Below are positions 52,992 through 64,000 of a stretch of 64,000 nucleotides of DNA, piece by piece. Both the position numbers and the translations under genes were made by a program. Positions within the stretch are counted from its first letter, which is position 1, and each line of letters begins with the position of its first letter. This stretch comes from Eledone cirrhosa. Lineage: Eukaryota. The DNA lies in assembly GCA_964016885.1 (NCBI GenBank), contig OZ024748.1, positions 36,580,001 through 36,644,000 of the forward strand, given 5' to 3'. A model generated the notes under the pieces. The model ran no database searches and had not been told where the DNA came from. It saw only the letters and a program-made list of their open reading frames with translations.

Positions 52992-53454
52992 AAGTCGACC
53001 TTAAATATTACTAATAGCTCTAGGAAAGCCATGAATGACACCACATCTCCTTAACTTAGATTTTGAAAGTAGGTTTATAATTATCAATTTTCATTATAAT
53101 TTTGTAGCTGTCTCGGCGGCCTAGTTGGAGGAATCATAGACGGTGGTGATACTGGTCTGAAGTTCCTGGTTTGAAGATCCTGGTCGGGGGTAGGGTTCCC
53201 GGTAAACCTTTTCAGTATTTTCCTGTTGGTTGTAAAATAAAAACTGAAAAGGGTTACATGTACCTCTTGACCAGGATTGAACCCAAGGCCAGGATCTCCA
53301 CCGTCTCTAGTACCTACCACTAGGCCACAGAGACAACTACGAAGATCATATGAAAATTCATACTTATAAACCTACTTTCAAAATTTTCAAAACAAAGTGT
53401 TGTGGTGTCGTTCATGTCTTTCTTAATGTTATTGCTCCTACTTAAGGTCGACTT
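52992..53454. mobile_element. MITE-like element with about 90-bp imperfect inverted repeats enclosing a tRNA-like sequence
   Basis: AAGTCGACCTTAA...TTTTGAAAGTAGGTTTATAA vs TTATAAACCTACTTTCAAAA...TTAAGGTCGACTT; minus-strand A box TGGCCTAGTGG and B box GGTTCAATCC at 53263-53334. Confidence 0.6.
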
Positions 53455-53629
53455 TCAATAATGGCATTTGGTCTTTCACACTCACAAACCGTGCGATGGA
53501 CTGGTGTCCTGTCTTGTCTCTTGTACTCTCAGTCGCTTCACGCCATGAAACCGGGATAAGTACCGGCCAAATGAGCCTTCTGGCTTAAGACAGACTTTTT
53601 ATATATATATATATACATATATTACAGCA

Positions 53630-54032
53630 ATGGTTAGGAAGTCGTTTAAACCCACGGTTCAACTGATATCAACGGTGCATTTAAATAACGAGACCCCGAA
53701 GCAAGAACCAACAGTAGCAGTGTCGCAGCCGAATGGCGAAAATACAGCAAGTACTTTCCTCGAGGACGACGACTTTGAATATATTGGATTAAGTTTAGAA
53801 GATGTCATACGTTTATCTGAAGAGAGAAAATGGCGGATTATGCGAAACCTCGTATTTTTTGCCACGTTTATCTTGATTCTCGCTCTCGTTATAACAGCAA
53901 TTGTCTCGGCATTAGATCATCCAAGATGTAGGGCTCGGCCGAATGTAAACTGGTGGAATAAAGCCGTCTATTATAGGATCTATGTACCAATGTTTCATGA
54001 CAGCAATTCAGATTGTGTTGGTGATATCAAAG
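53630..54032 (+). CDS. SLC3A (rBAT/4F2hc-like) GH13-fold type II membrane protein, coding exon 1
   Basis: YIGLSLEDV..KWRIMR, TM helix, PRC, WWNKAVYYRIYVPMFHDSNSDCVGDIKG; donor G|gtaagt; acceptor attacag 2 nt before the ATG. Confidence 0.88.
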
Positions 54033-54167
54033 GTAAGTTACCTTCATTTCTTCTTCTTCTTCTTCTTCTTCTTCTTCTTCTTCTTCTTTTTTTTTTCTTT
54101 TTCTCCTTTTTCTTCTTTTTCTTCTTTTTCTTCTTTTTCTTCTTCATTATCTATCTATCTATCTATC

Positions 54168-57100
54168 AACAATTTAGTGAAAACCCAAGGGCCTAACTTC
54201 ACCCAGGCAGGGGAGGGATTTCCCCCACCCCAAAATGATTAAGGCCCCAGAGGACACATGTAAAACGCTAAAAAAACAACTTTAAAGAGGACGTGTCCCC
54301 CCCCCCCTGCGTCGGGCCCATTAACCGCGTCCTCCTAAAACATTTCCCCACCCCCTCCCCAAACACCCACACAACTCCAAACACCCAAACCACACAACAC
54401 ATTGATGCTCCTACACTTCCACAAACCACCACCCCACCCAACAACCCATCCCCCACCCTCATGGAAATTGTGCAGCCCGATACCCGAGACGCAGAGAGGT
54501 AAGTGCCTTTTCTCTTCAGCACCAACATGGCTATGCTGAGAGTAGGTTGTCTAACTGCGCGTGGCCTGGGCTCAACTTGGAAGCAAGCAATGCTTCTAAA
54601 TGACCTCAGGTCACAACGTATAGATGTGATGGTTATTTGCGAGGCCCGGATCAGCAACGTGCGACAGCTGGCCCCCACCTTTGACGACTTTGAGATGCAC
54701 GCATCTCTCTGTCAGCCCGGAGGTGGGCGTGGGGTTGTCGTTCTGCTGCAAAAATATCTGGGTCTCGCAACACAGACGGTACATTTGGACCCGGAGGGTT
54801 GACTAGAGGTTCTGGACCTTGGCAGTGGTGAAGGCGGAGCGTTTAGGTTGGTAGCCGTCTACGGCCCTTTCGGGTCAACGCGGCCGGACTTCTTCCATCG
54901 TCTTGAGACTTTTCTAGGGACGTCCCGCTCCTTTCTATTAGTGGGGGACTGGAATGGTATCCTAGATGCACGCTGGGACTACGTAGGGGCCTGTCCCGAT
55001 AGAGAGGGATGTAACAGCCTCAAAGGGTTAATCGGCCGATTTGACCTGGCCGATAGATATCGACTAGATTTTCCGACTGCGCCAACCTGGACTTGGGCAA
55101 ACCGCAGTGGATCATCTAGGTCGTACCTAGATAGGTTCTTAGTTAGAAATAAGGATAAGGACTTTTTAAGTTGTCCAAAAATGCTCATGGTTGGCTATTC
55201 AGACCACAAGTTAGTGACCTGCATGGTCAACCTTGACAGAACGCATAGACAGGGACCCGGTTACTGGAAGCTCAAATTGTCCTTACCGGCAAGTAAGGCT
55301 TACAGGGACCGGATTAGCACTTTAGTTAAGGAGCGGTTGACGGGCGCCATCGTCAACAGCAGGTGGTGGAGATCTCTCAAAAGAGAGATTAGAGTAGTCC
55401 CTACAGAATTTAGTAAGGAGTTAGCCTCAAATAGAAATAAGAAGGAAAGGAGGTTGGTAGATAGTGTAGAAGAGGCAATTAGAAGCGGCGACGTGGCCAG
55501 AGTACTAACGTCGAGAACGGCCCTGGGCTAGTTCTTCGACGCGAAACAGGAAGGCTGCATCGTCCGAAGCAAAATACGTGCTCTAGGAAACGAAGGGACC
55601 AAAGCTGTTAGCTGGGCCCGCGTGACAGAAGCCAAAAGAGGGAGTAGATCCACTATCCGGTCTTTGCGAGACCAGGATGGAGGGGTGATCCTTGAACCTA
55701 AGCAGATGTGCGACGCTTTTCAAAAGCACTTTGCCAGATTGTTCGGAAGGGGCGGGGAACCGGTTGGGGAAATGGACTTCGGTCCATACCTCGACGGCCT
55801 GCCGCGTCTCTCGGACAGGGAGTCAAAGTCCTGCGAGGAGCCGATTTCAGCAGCTGAGATAGAGGACGTGCTGAGCCAATGCGGCAAACGCAAATCCCCG
55901 GGTTTCGATGGTCTTCAATACGAACTATATCTAGCTATGCCGGACTTGTTCCCCGATCACCTCGAGGCGGCCTACTGCAACTGGCAACAGAACGGGAGAA
56001 TTCCCTGTGCTGTGACCAAGGGCGTAGTCACGCTAGTGAGGAAGGACGAGAACAAGGGAGACGATATAAATAATTTAAGGCCCATAACTCTGCTAAATAC
56101 AGAGTTACAGATTTTGGCCAAGGTGCTAGCAAAGAGGCTGGCGCTTGTCGTGGGCAACCCAGTGGGAGATGCGCAGACATGTGCTATCCCGTCCAGGTCC
56201 ATCCACGACAACCTTCACCTCATGCGATACATCATAGAGAGGGTTGGGAACGAACCCGGCTTTGGTGGGGCCTTGATCAACTTGGATCAATCTAACGCGT
56301 TCGATAGGGTCGACCATGGTTACCTGGATGCGGTGCTAGCGGCGGCAGGCTTCGGACCCGTTTTCAGGGGCTGGATCACTGTCATGCACAGCAGCCGCAT
56401 CTGCTCTAGGGTCAAGGTGAACGGCTACCTTTCGGAGCCGTTCGAAATCGCGCGGTCCATCCGACAAGGGTGCCCTCTCTCCTCCCTTCTGTATGTAATG
56501 ACTCTAGAGCCACTGCTGCGGAAGTTGGAGTTGTTGCAGGGCATCCCGTTGGTACCGGGATTGCGGAAAGCGGTGTCGGCCTACGCCGATGACGTAACAG
56601 TAATGGTGTCGACGGCCTCGGAAATCGGGGCGATCGGCACCTTACTGGAGGAGTACGAAAGGTTTACAGGGGCTAAGCTGAACCGGGACAAGTCGATCGG
56701 TCTGCAACTCGGCACGTGGAGGGACAAATCGATGCCCTCCGATGGCGTCGTCGGGCGCTGGACGGAGGGCCCGGTGAAGTTGCTCGGGGTTTGGTTCGGA
56801 CCAGACCTCCAGGTGGAGAAGAACTGGGGTGAGGTAACGGGCAAGGTGTTTGCACTCGCCCAGAAGTGGGCCGAGTGCAAACTGTCCCTGAAAAGCTGGG
56901 CGGAGGTGGCGAACACTTATATAGCGTCCGTCATCTACTACCGCCTGACCGTTGTGCCTTGCCCAAGGGAAACGCTCGCCAAAATGGAGCGCGCACTCTT
57001 CCAATTCCTTTGGAAGAAGCGGTCTCCTATGGTGAGGTGATCCATCTGCTGTCAACACCCTTCGAAAGGAGGGCTGGGGATGCCGTGGCTGATGATGCAT

Positions 57101-58213
57101 AAATACGCATTAAGGCTACGGCACCTCCAGGTATTCCTCACCGGTCAACCGGTGTGGGCCCCGTTTATGAGGCGAGCCTTTCCCAGACTCGTCTCGCTCA
57201 CCGAGCTGCAATCCTTGGTCAAGCAAAGACCGAGAAAACTGTGCGCCTGGCACACCGAGTGTGCCCAGGCGCTCACGGCTCTCTGGCAGGCGGACTCGGC
57301 TGTCAGTGGGGAATCTACCTCGTCATTCTATAGAGGGCTGGTGGTAAGCAGGTGCGACGACGCCCTCGGAGAAGATCTAGGCATGGAGGAAAACGAACTG
57401 GCCAGCCTGTTCGGTAGGACATTCAGCGCGGGACCTATGGATAACTTCCAGAGGTCCCTCGCCTGGCAGTGCTACCGAGGGGTTCTGCCTGTTCGAGAAA
57501 GGCTCTACAGACACGGGCGCCTGGGACCCCTCGAAAAAGATCTGTCCCAGATGCGTGTGCGACGAGGAAACCGTTGCACACGCATTGGTACACTGCTCGG
57601 GCATTGCCGATCTGTGGGGCTATGTCGAACGACTACTGTCACGCGTGGGCCCGATCCGGTTGACTATTGTAACGATCAAGCCGCCTCTCCTCTTCAAAAA
57701 CGAAGGAGAGGCGGTGTTTCTGTGCGTAATAGCCATGGTGAAAGAGGTTGTATGGTGGACGCGGCTGAAAGGGCTGAGGTCAGACACCTTTCTCTCTGGC
57801 TAACAACTGGTCCGTTTCTTCCGATATCATTTCGGAAGAAGGATCAGGATGGAGAGAGAGGTGCTGCACCCCAGCCGTTTTTATGAAAGATGGATGAAAG
57901 TGGTGAGAATGGCCTTCACTCTACATCAGACTGCAGGTGAGTAAGATGAAAGATCAAGGGAGAACGCTCTCTCTATGCTCCTCAGGAGAAGGTTTGCAGA
58001 CTTTTTCGGGGGGGGGGGGGGTGCGACCCCCCAAGGCGCCTGCCTCCTCTCTATTGAGGATTTTGTTATTCAATTTATTTTTGTTATATTTTATATTTTA
58101 TATTTTTATATTTTGTTATTGCCTCCTCCTTATTGAGGACGCCTTTTAAGTAAACTCCCCCCATTGTACCTGTCCCACTCTTTGACACCCGGGTTGCAAA
58201 TAAAAAGAAAGTT
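54168..58213 (+). mobile_element. Tx1/L1-clade LINE (ORF1 end plus disrupted ORF2) in intron 1 of the SLC3A-like gene, inserted in (TATC)n
   Basis: ORF2 from 54527 with SDHK, RPITLLN, RQGCPLS and YADD; (TATC)n at 54148-54167 and 58213-58238. Confidence 0.95.
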
Positions 58214-58240
58214 ATCTATCTATCTATCTATCTATCTAAG

Positions 58241-58420
58241 GTGTTGAGATGCAACTGGATTACTTGAAGGATATGGGAGTGGACGCTATATCTCTCAGTC
58301 CAATATATAATGGAATATATATGGGCAGTGATGTCAGTGTGGTTGACCATTTATCTGTTGACAACAAATTTGGCACCGAGGAGGACATCAAGAGTCTTAT
58401 TGCAGCGGCCCACAAAAAAA
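58241..58420 (+). CDS. SLC3A-like gene, coding exon 2
   Basis: ctaag| acceptor and |gtaact donor; GVEMQLDYLKDMGVDAISLSPIY...VDNKFGTEEDIKSLIAAAHKK; phase 1 to 1. Confidence 0.88.
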
Positions 58421-58681
58421 GTAACTTCTTTTTCTTATTGTAGTTATTGTTGTTGCTGTTGTTGTTGTTCCTGTTGCTGTCGTTGTTGTTGTCGTTGTTG
58501 TTATTCCTGCTGTTGCTGTTGTTGCTGTACATCACTGGTCACAATAGATTGACCACCAGACTACTACTACTACTACCATTACTACTACTACTACTACTAC
58601 TACTACTACCACTACTACTACTATTACTACTACTACTACTACCACTACTACTACGACTACTACTATCACTACTACTACTAT

Positions 58682-58734
<53 letters not shown>

Positions 58735-58774
58735 TACTACGACTACTATTATTATTATTATTTACCGTTTTCAG

Positions 58775-58914
58775 ATATGCATGTGGTCCTTGATTTCATC
58801 CCTAACGAAACAAGTGAGAAACATCCCTGGTTTCTAGAGAGCAGCTCGTCACAGCCAGGAGATAAAAATAACTATTATCTATGGGTAGATAACTCAAGTC
58901 TACTAAACAACTGG
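58775..58914 (+). CDS. SLC3A-like gene, coding exon 3
   Basis: ttttcag| acceptor and |gtaata donor; NMHVVLDFIPNETSEKHPWFLES...NYYLWVD...NNW. Confidence 0.88.
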
Positions 58915-58939
58915 GTAATATCAGCTTCTATGATTTCAT

Positions 58940-59105
58940 TAGGCGGTGGATTGGCAGTATCGGTAGAGTTACGGCCCTGGCCATTCTGAGTTCAAATCCT
59001 GCCGAGGTTAACTTTGCCTTTCATCATTACGGGGTCGATAAAATAAAGTACCAGTAATGCACTGGTTAATTTGTGGCCTTGTGCCAAAAGTAGAAACAAT
59101 TATTT
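58940..59105 (+). mobile_element. SINE family B (Deu/Nin-like), internally deleted head
   Basis: Near-identical to 13841-14022. Confidence 0.85.
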
Positions 59106-59186
59106 CATTATAACTTAGGTTGGTGGGGAGGGGGGGGGCTATATCGGGAGAGACTTGGACACGGTAGATTGACCACAACTCTGGCT

Positions 59187-62100
59187 CTGTAACTATTCCC
59201 TGCCTCACAACACATTAGACCATGCTGTAACTATACCCTGCCTCACAACACATTAGACCATCCTGTAACTATACCCTGCCTCACGACACATCAGAGCATC
59301 ATGTAACTATACCCTGCCTCACAACATATTAGATCATACTGTAACTATACCCTGCCTCAGAACACATTAGACCATCCTGTAACTATACCCTGCCTCACAA
59401 CACATTAGACCATTCTGTAACTATACCCTGCCTCGCAACACATTAGACCATTCTGTAACTATACCCTGCCTCACAACACATTAGACCATCCTGTAACTAT
59501 ACCCTGACTCACAACATATTACACCATTCTGTAACTATACCCAGCCTCACAACACAGACCATTCTGTAACTATACCCTGCCTCACAACACATTATATCAT
59601 CCTGTAACTATACACTGCCTCACAACACATTAGATCATCCTGTAACTATACCCTGCCTCACAACACTTTAGACCATCCTGCAACTATACCCTGCCTCACA
59701 ACACATTAGACCATTCTGTAACTATACCCTGCCTCACAACACATTAGACCATTCTGTAACTATACCCTGCCTCACAACACATTAGACCATTCTGTAACTA
59801 TACCCTGCCTCACAACACATTAGACCATTCTGTTACTATACCCTGCCTCACAACACATTAAACCATTCTGTTACTATACCCTGCCTCACAACACATTAGA
59901 CCATCCTGTAACTATACCCTGCCTCACAACACATTAGACCATTCTGTAACTATACCCTGCCTCATAACACATTACACCATCCTGTAACTATACCCTGCCT
60001 CACAAAACATTAGACCATCCTGTAACTATATCCTATCCCACAACACATTAGGCCATCCTGTAACTATACCCTGCCTCACAACACATTAGATCATCCTGTA
60101 ACTATATCCTACCCACAACACATTAGACCATTCTGTAACTATACCTTGCCTCACAACACATTAGATCATCCTGTAACTATACCCTGCCTCACAACACATT
60201 AGACCATTCTGTAAATATACCCTGCCTCACAACATATTAGACCATTCTGTGACTATACCCTGTCTCACAACACATTAGACCATTCTGTAACTATACCCTG
60301 CCACGCAACACATTAGACCATTCTGTAACTATACCCTGCCTCACGACACATTAGAGCATCATGTAACTATACCCTGCCTCACAACATATTAGACCATACT
60401 GTAACTATACCCTGCCTCAGAACACATTAGACCATCCTGTAACTATACCCTGCCTCACAACACATTAGACCATTCTGTAACTATACCCTGCCTCGCAACA
60501 CATTAGACCATTCTGTAACTATACCCTGCCTCACAACACATTAGACCATCCTGTAACTATACCCTGACTCACAACATATTACACCATTCTGTAACTATAC
60601 CCAGCCTCACAACACAGACCATTCTGTAACTATACCCTGCCTCACAACACATTATATCATCCTGTAACTATACACTGCCTCACAACACATTAGATCATCC
60701 TGTAACTATACCCTGCCTCACAACACTTTAGACCATCCTGCAACTATACCCTGCCTCACAACACATTAGACCATTCTGTAACTATACCCTGCCTCACAAC
60801 ACGTTATATTATCCTGTAACTATACCCTGCCTCACAACACATTAGATCATCCTGTAACTATACCCTGCCTCACAACACTTTAGACCATCCTGCAACTATA
60901 CCCTGCCTCACAACACATTAGACCATTCTGTAACTATACCCTGCCTCACAACACATTAGACCATTCTGTTACTATACCCTGCCTCACAACACATTAGACC
61001 ATTCTGTAACTATACCCCGCCTCACAACACATTAGACCATTCTGTAACTAAACCCTGCCTCACAACACAGACCATCCTATAACTATACCCTGCCTCACAA
61101 CACATTAGACCATTCTGTAACTATAGCCTGCCTCACAACACTTTAGACCATTCTGTAACTATACCCTGCCTCACAACACATTAGACCATTCTGTATCTAT
61201 ACCCTGCCTCACAACACATTAGACCATTCTGTTACTATACCCTGCCTCACAACACATTAAACCATTCTGTTACTATACCCTGCCTCACAACACATTAGAC
61301 CATCCTGTAACTATACCCTGCCTCACAACACATTAGATCATTCTGTAACTATACCCTGCCTCATAACACATTACACCATCCTGTAACTATACCCTGCCTC
61401 ACAAAACATTAGACCATCCTGTAACTATATCCTATCCCACAACACATTAGGCCATCCTGTAACTATACCCTGCCTCACAACACATTAGATCATCCTGTAA
61501 CTATATCCTACCCACAACACATTAGACCATTCTGTAACTATACCTTGCCTCACAACACATTAGATCATCCTGTAACTATACCCTGCCTCACAACACATTA
61601 GACCATTCTGTAAATATACCCTGCCTCACAACACATTACACCATTCTGTTACTATACCCTGCCTCACAACACATTAGACCATCCTGTAACTCTACCCTGC
61701 CTCACAACACATTAGACCATTCTGTAACTATACCCTGCCTCATAACACATTACACCATCCTGTAACTATACCCTGCCTCACAAAACATTAGATCATACTG
61801 TAACTATATCCTACCCACAACACATTAGACCATTCTGTAACTATACCTTGCCTCACAACACATTAGATCATCCTGTAACTATACCCTGCCTCACAACACA
61901 TTAGACCATTCTGTAAATATACCCTGCCTCACAACATATTAGACCATTCTGTGACTATACCCTGTCTCACAACACATTAGACCATTCTGTAACTATACCC
62001 TGCCACGCAACACATTAGACCATTCTGTAACTATACCCTGCCTCACGACACATTAGAGCATCATGTAACTATACCCTGCCTCACAACATATTAGACCATA

Positions 62101-64000
62101 CTGTAACTATACCCTGCCTCAGAACACATTAGACCATCCTGTAACTATACCCTGCCTCACAACACATTAGACCATTCTGTAACTATACCCTGCCTCGCAA
62201 CACATTAGACCATTCTGTAACTATACCCTGCCTCACAACACATTAGACCATCCTGTAACTATACCCTGACTCACAACATATTACACCATTCTGTAACTAT
62301 ACCCAGCCTCACAACACAGACCATTCTGTAACTATACCCTGCCTCACAACACATTATATCATCCTGTAACTATACACTGCCTCACAACACATTAGATCAT
62401 CCTGTAACTATACCCTGCCTCACAACACTTTAGACCATCCTGCAACTATACCCTGCCTCACAACACATTAGACCATTCTGTAACTATACCCTGCCTCACA
62501 ACACGTTATATTATCCTGTAACTATACCCTGCCTCACAACACATTAGATCATCCTGTAACTATACCCTGCCTCACAACACTTTAGACCATCCTGCAACTA
62601 TACCCTGCCTCACAACACATTAGACCATTCTGTAACTATACCCTGCCTCACAACACATTAGACCATTCTGTTACTATACCCTGCCTCACAACACATTAGA
62701 CCATTCTGTAACTATACCCCGCCTCACAACACATTAGACCATTCTGTAACTAAACCCTGCCTCACAACACAGACCATCCTATAACTATACCCTGCCTCAC
62801 AACACATTAGACCATTCTGTAACTATAGCCTGCCTCACAACACTTTAGACCATTCTGTAACTATACCCTGCCTCACAACACATTAGACCATTCTGTATCT
62901 ATACCCTGCCTCACAACACATTAGACCATTCTGTTACTATACCCTGCCTCACAACACATTAAACCATTCTGTTACTATACCCTGCCTCACAACACATTAG
63001 ACCATCCTGTAACTATACCCTGCCTCACAACACATTAGATCATTCTGTAACTATACCCTGCCTCATAACACATTACACCATCCTGTAACTATACCCTGCC
63101 TCACAAAACATTAGACCATCCTGTAACTATATCCTATCCCACAACACATTAGACCATTCTGTAACTATACCTTGCCTCACAACACATTAGATCATCCTGT
63201 AACTATACCCTGCCTCACAACACATTAGACCATTCTGTAAATATACCCTGCCTCACAACATATTAGACCATTCTGTGACTATAGCCTGTCTCACAACACA
63301 TTAGACCATTCTGTAACTATACCCTACCTCACAACACAGACCATCCTATAACTATACCCTGCCTCACAACACATTAGACCATTCTGTAACTATAGCCTGC
63401 CTCAGAACACTTTAGAGCATTCTGTAACTATACCCTGCCTCACAACACATTAGACCATTCTGTATCTATACCCTGCCTCACAACACATTAGAGCATTCTG
63501 TTACTATGCCCTGCCTCACAACACATTACACCATTCTGTTACTATACCCTGCCTCACAACACATTAGACCATCCTGTAACTCTACCCTGCCTCACAACAC
63601 ATTAGACCATTCTGTAACTATACCCTGCCTCATAACACATTACACCATCCTGTAACTATACCCTGCCTCACAAAACATTAGATCATACTGTAACTATATC
63701 CTACCCACAACACATTAGACCATTCTGTAACTATACCTTGCCTCACAACACATTAGATCATCCTGTAACTATACCCTGCCTCACAACACATTAGACCATT
63801 CTGTAAATATACCCTGCCTCACAACATATTAGACCATTCTGTGACTATACCCTGCCTCACAACACATTAGATCATCCTGTAGCTATATCCTACCCCACAA
63901 CACATTAGACCATCCTGTAACTATACCCTGGCTCACAACACATTAGTCCATCCTGTAACTATATGCGACCCCACAACACATTAGACCATCCTGTAACTAT
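59187..64000. repeat. 38-bp tandem satellite (CTGTAACTATACCCTGCCTCACAACACATTAGACCATY), more than 125 units, running off the window
   Basis: Unit starts at 59187, 59225, 59263 and so on; no unique spacers; variant units recur in blocks. Confidence 0.97.

Noticed and set aside
59187-64000. CRISPR array
   Set aside because: The 38-bp units are contiguous with no unique spacers and there are no cas genes; it is a satellite in eukaryotic DNA.

Overview
Eukaryotic, microsatellite-saturated animal DNA, most likely cephalopod (Octopus-like; inferred from the (TA)n/(CA)n/(GATA)n density and the SINE/LINE types, not from a search). Three host genes can be reconstructed by splice-site and phase logic: a BCAP/PIK3AP1/BANK1-like TIR+DBB adaptor (minus strand, 5 exons, 10074 to 1131, continuing out of the window), a secreted laccase-like multicopper oxidase in one coding exon (minus, 24248-22332), and the first three coding exons of an SLC3A/rBAT-like GH13 membrane protein (plus, 53630-58914). 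The rest is mostly mobile DNA: an ORF-intact Penelope-like element (PLE; RT + GIY-YIG, about 1210 aa) plus PLE fragments, seven or more Tx1/L1-clade LINE copies that mostly sit in (ATCT)n tracts, hAT, RTE-like and CRE-like relics, tRNA-derived SINEs, and a 38-bp satellite of at least 4.8 kb with higher-order structure. The most striking unannotated signal is a set of unrelated short non-coding elements embedded in (TA)n tracts, often as fold-back inverted repeats. About ten complete or nearly complete type I hammerhead ribozyme folds (two in PLE pLTRs, the rest in these elements) and several partial ones can be read by eye. One element is a tandem unit with two hammerheads 479 nt apart, a retrozyme-like circular-RNA candidate lying within 1 kb of the intact PLE. 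All folds and homologies were judged by eye; ribozyme activity and novelty are untested.
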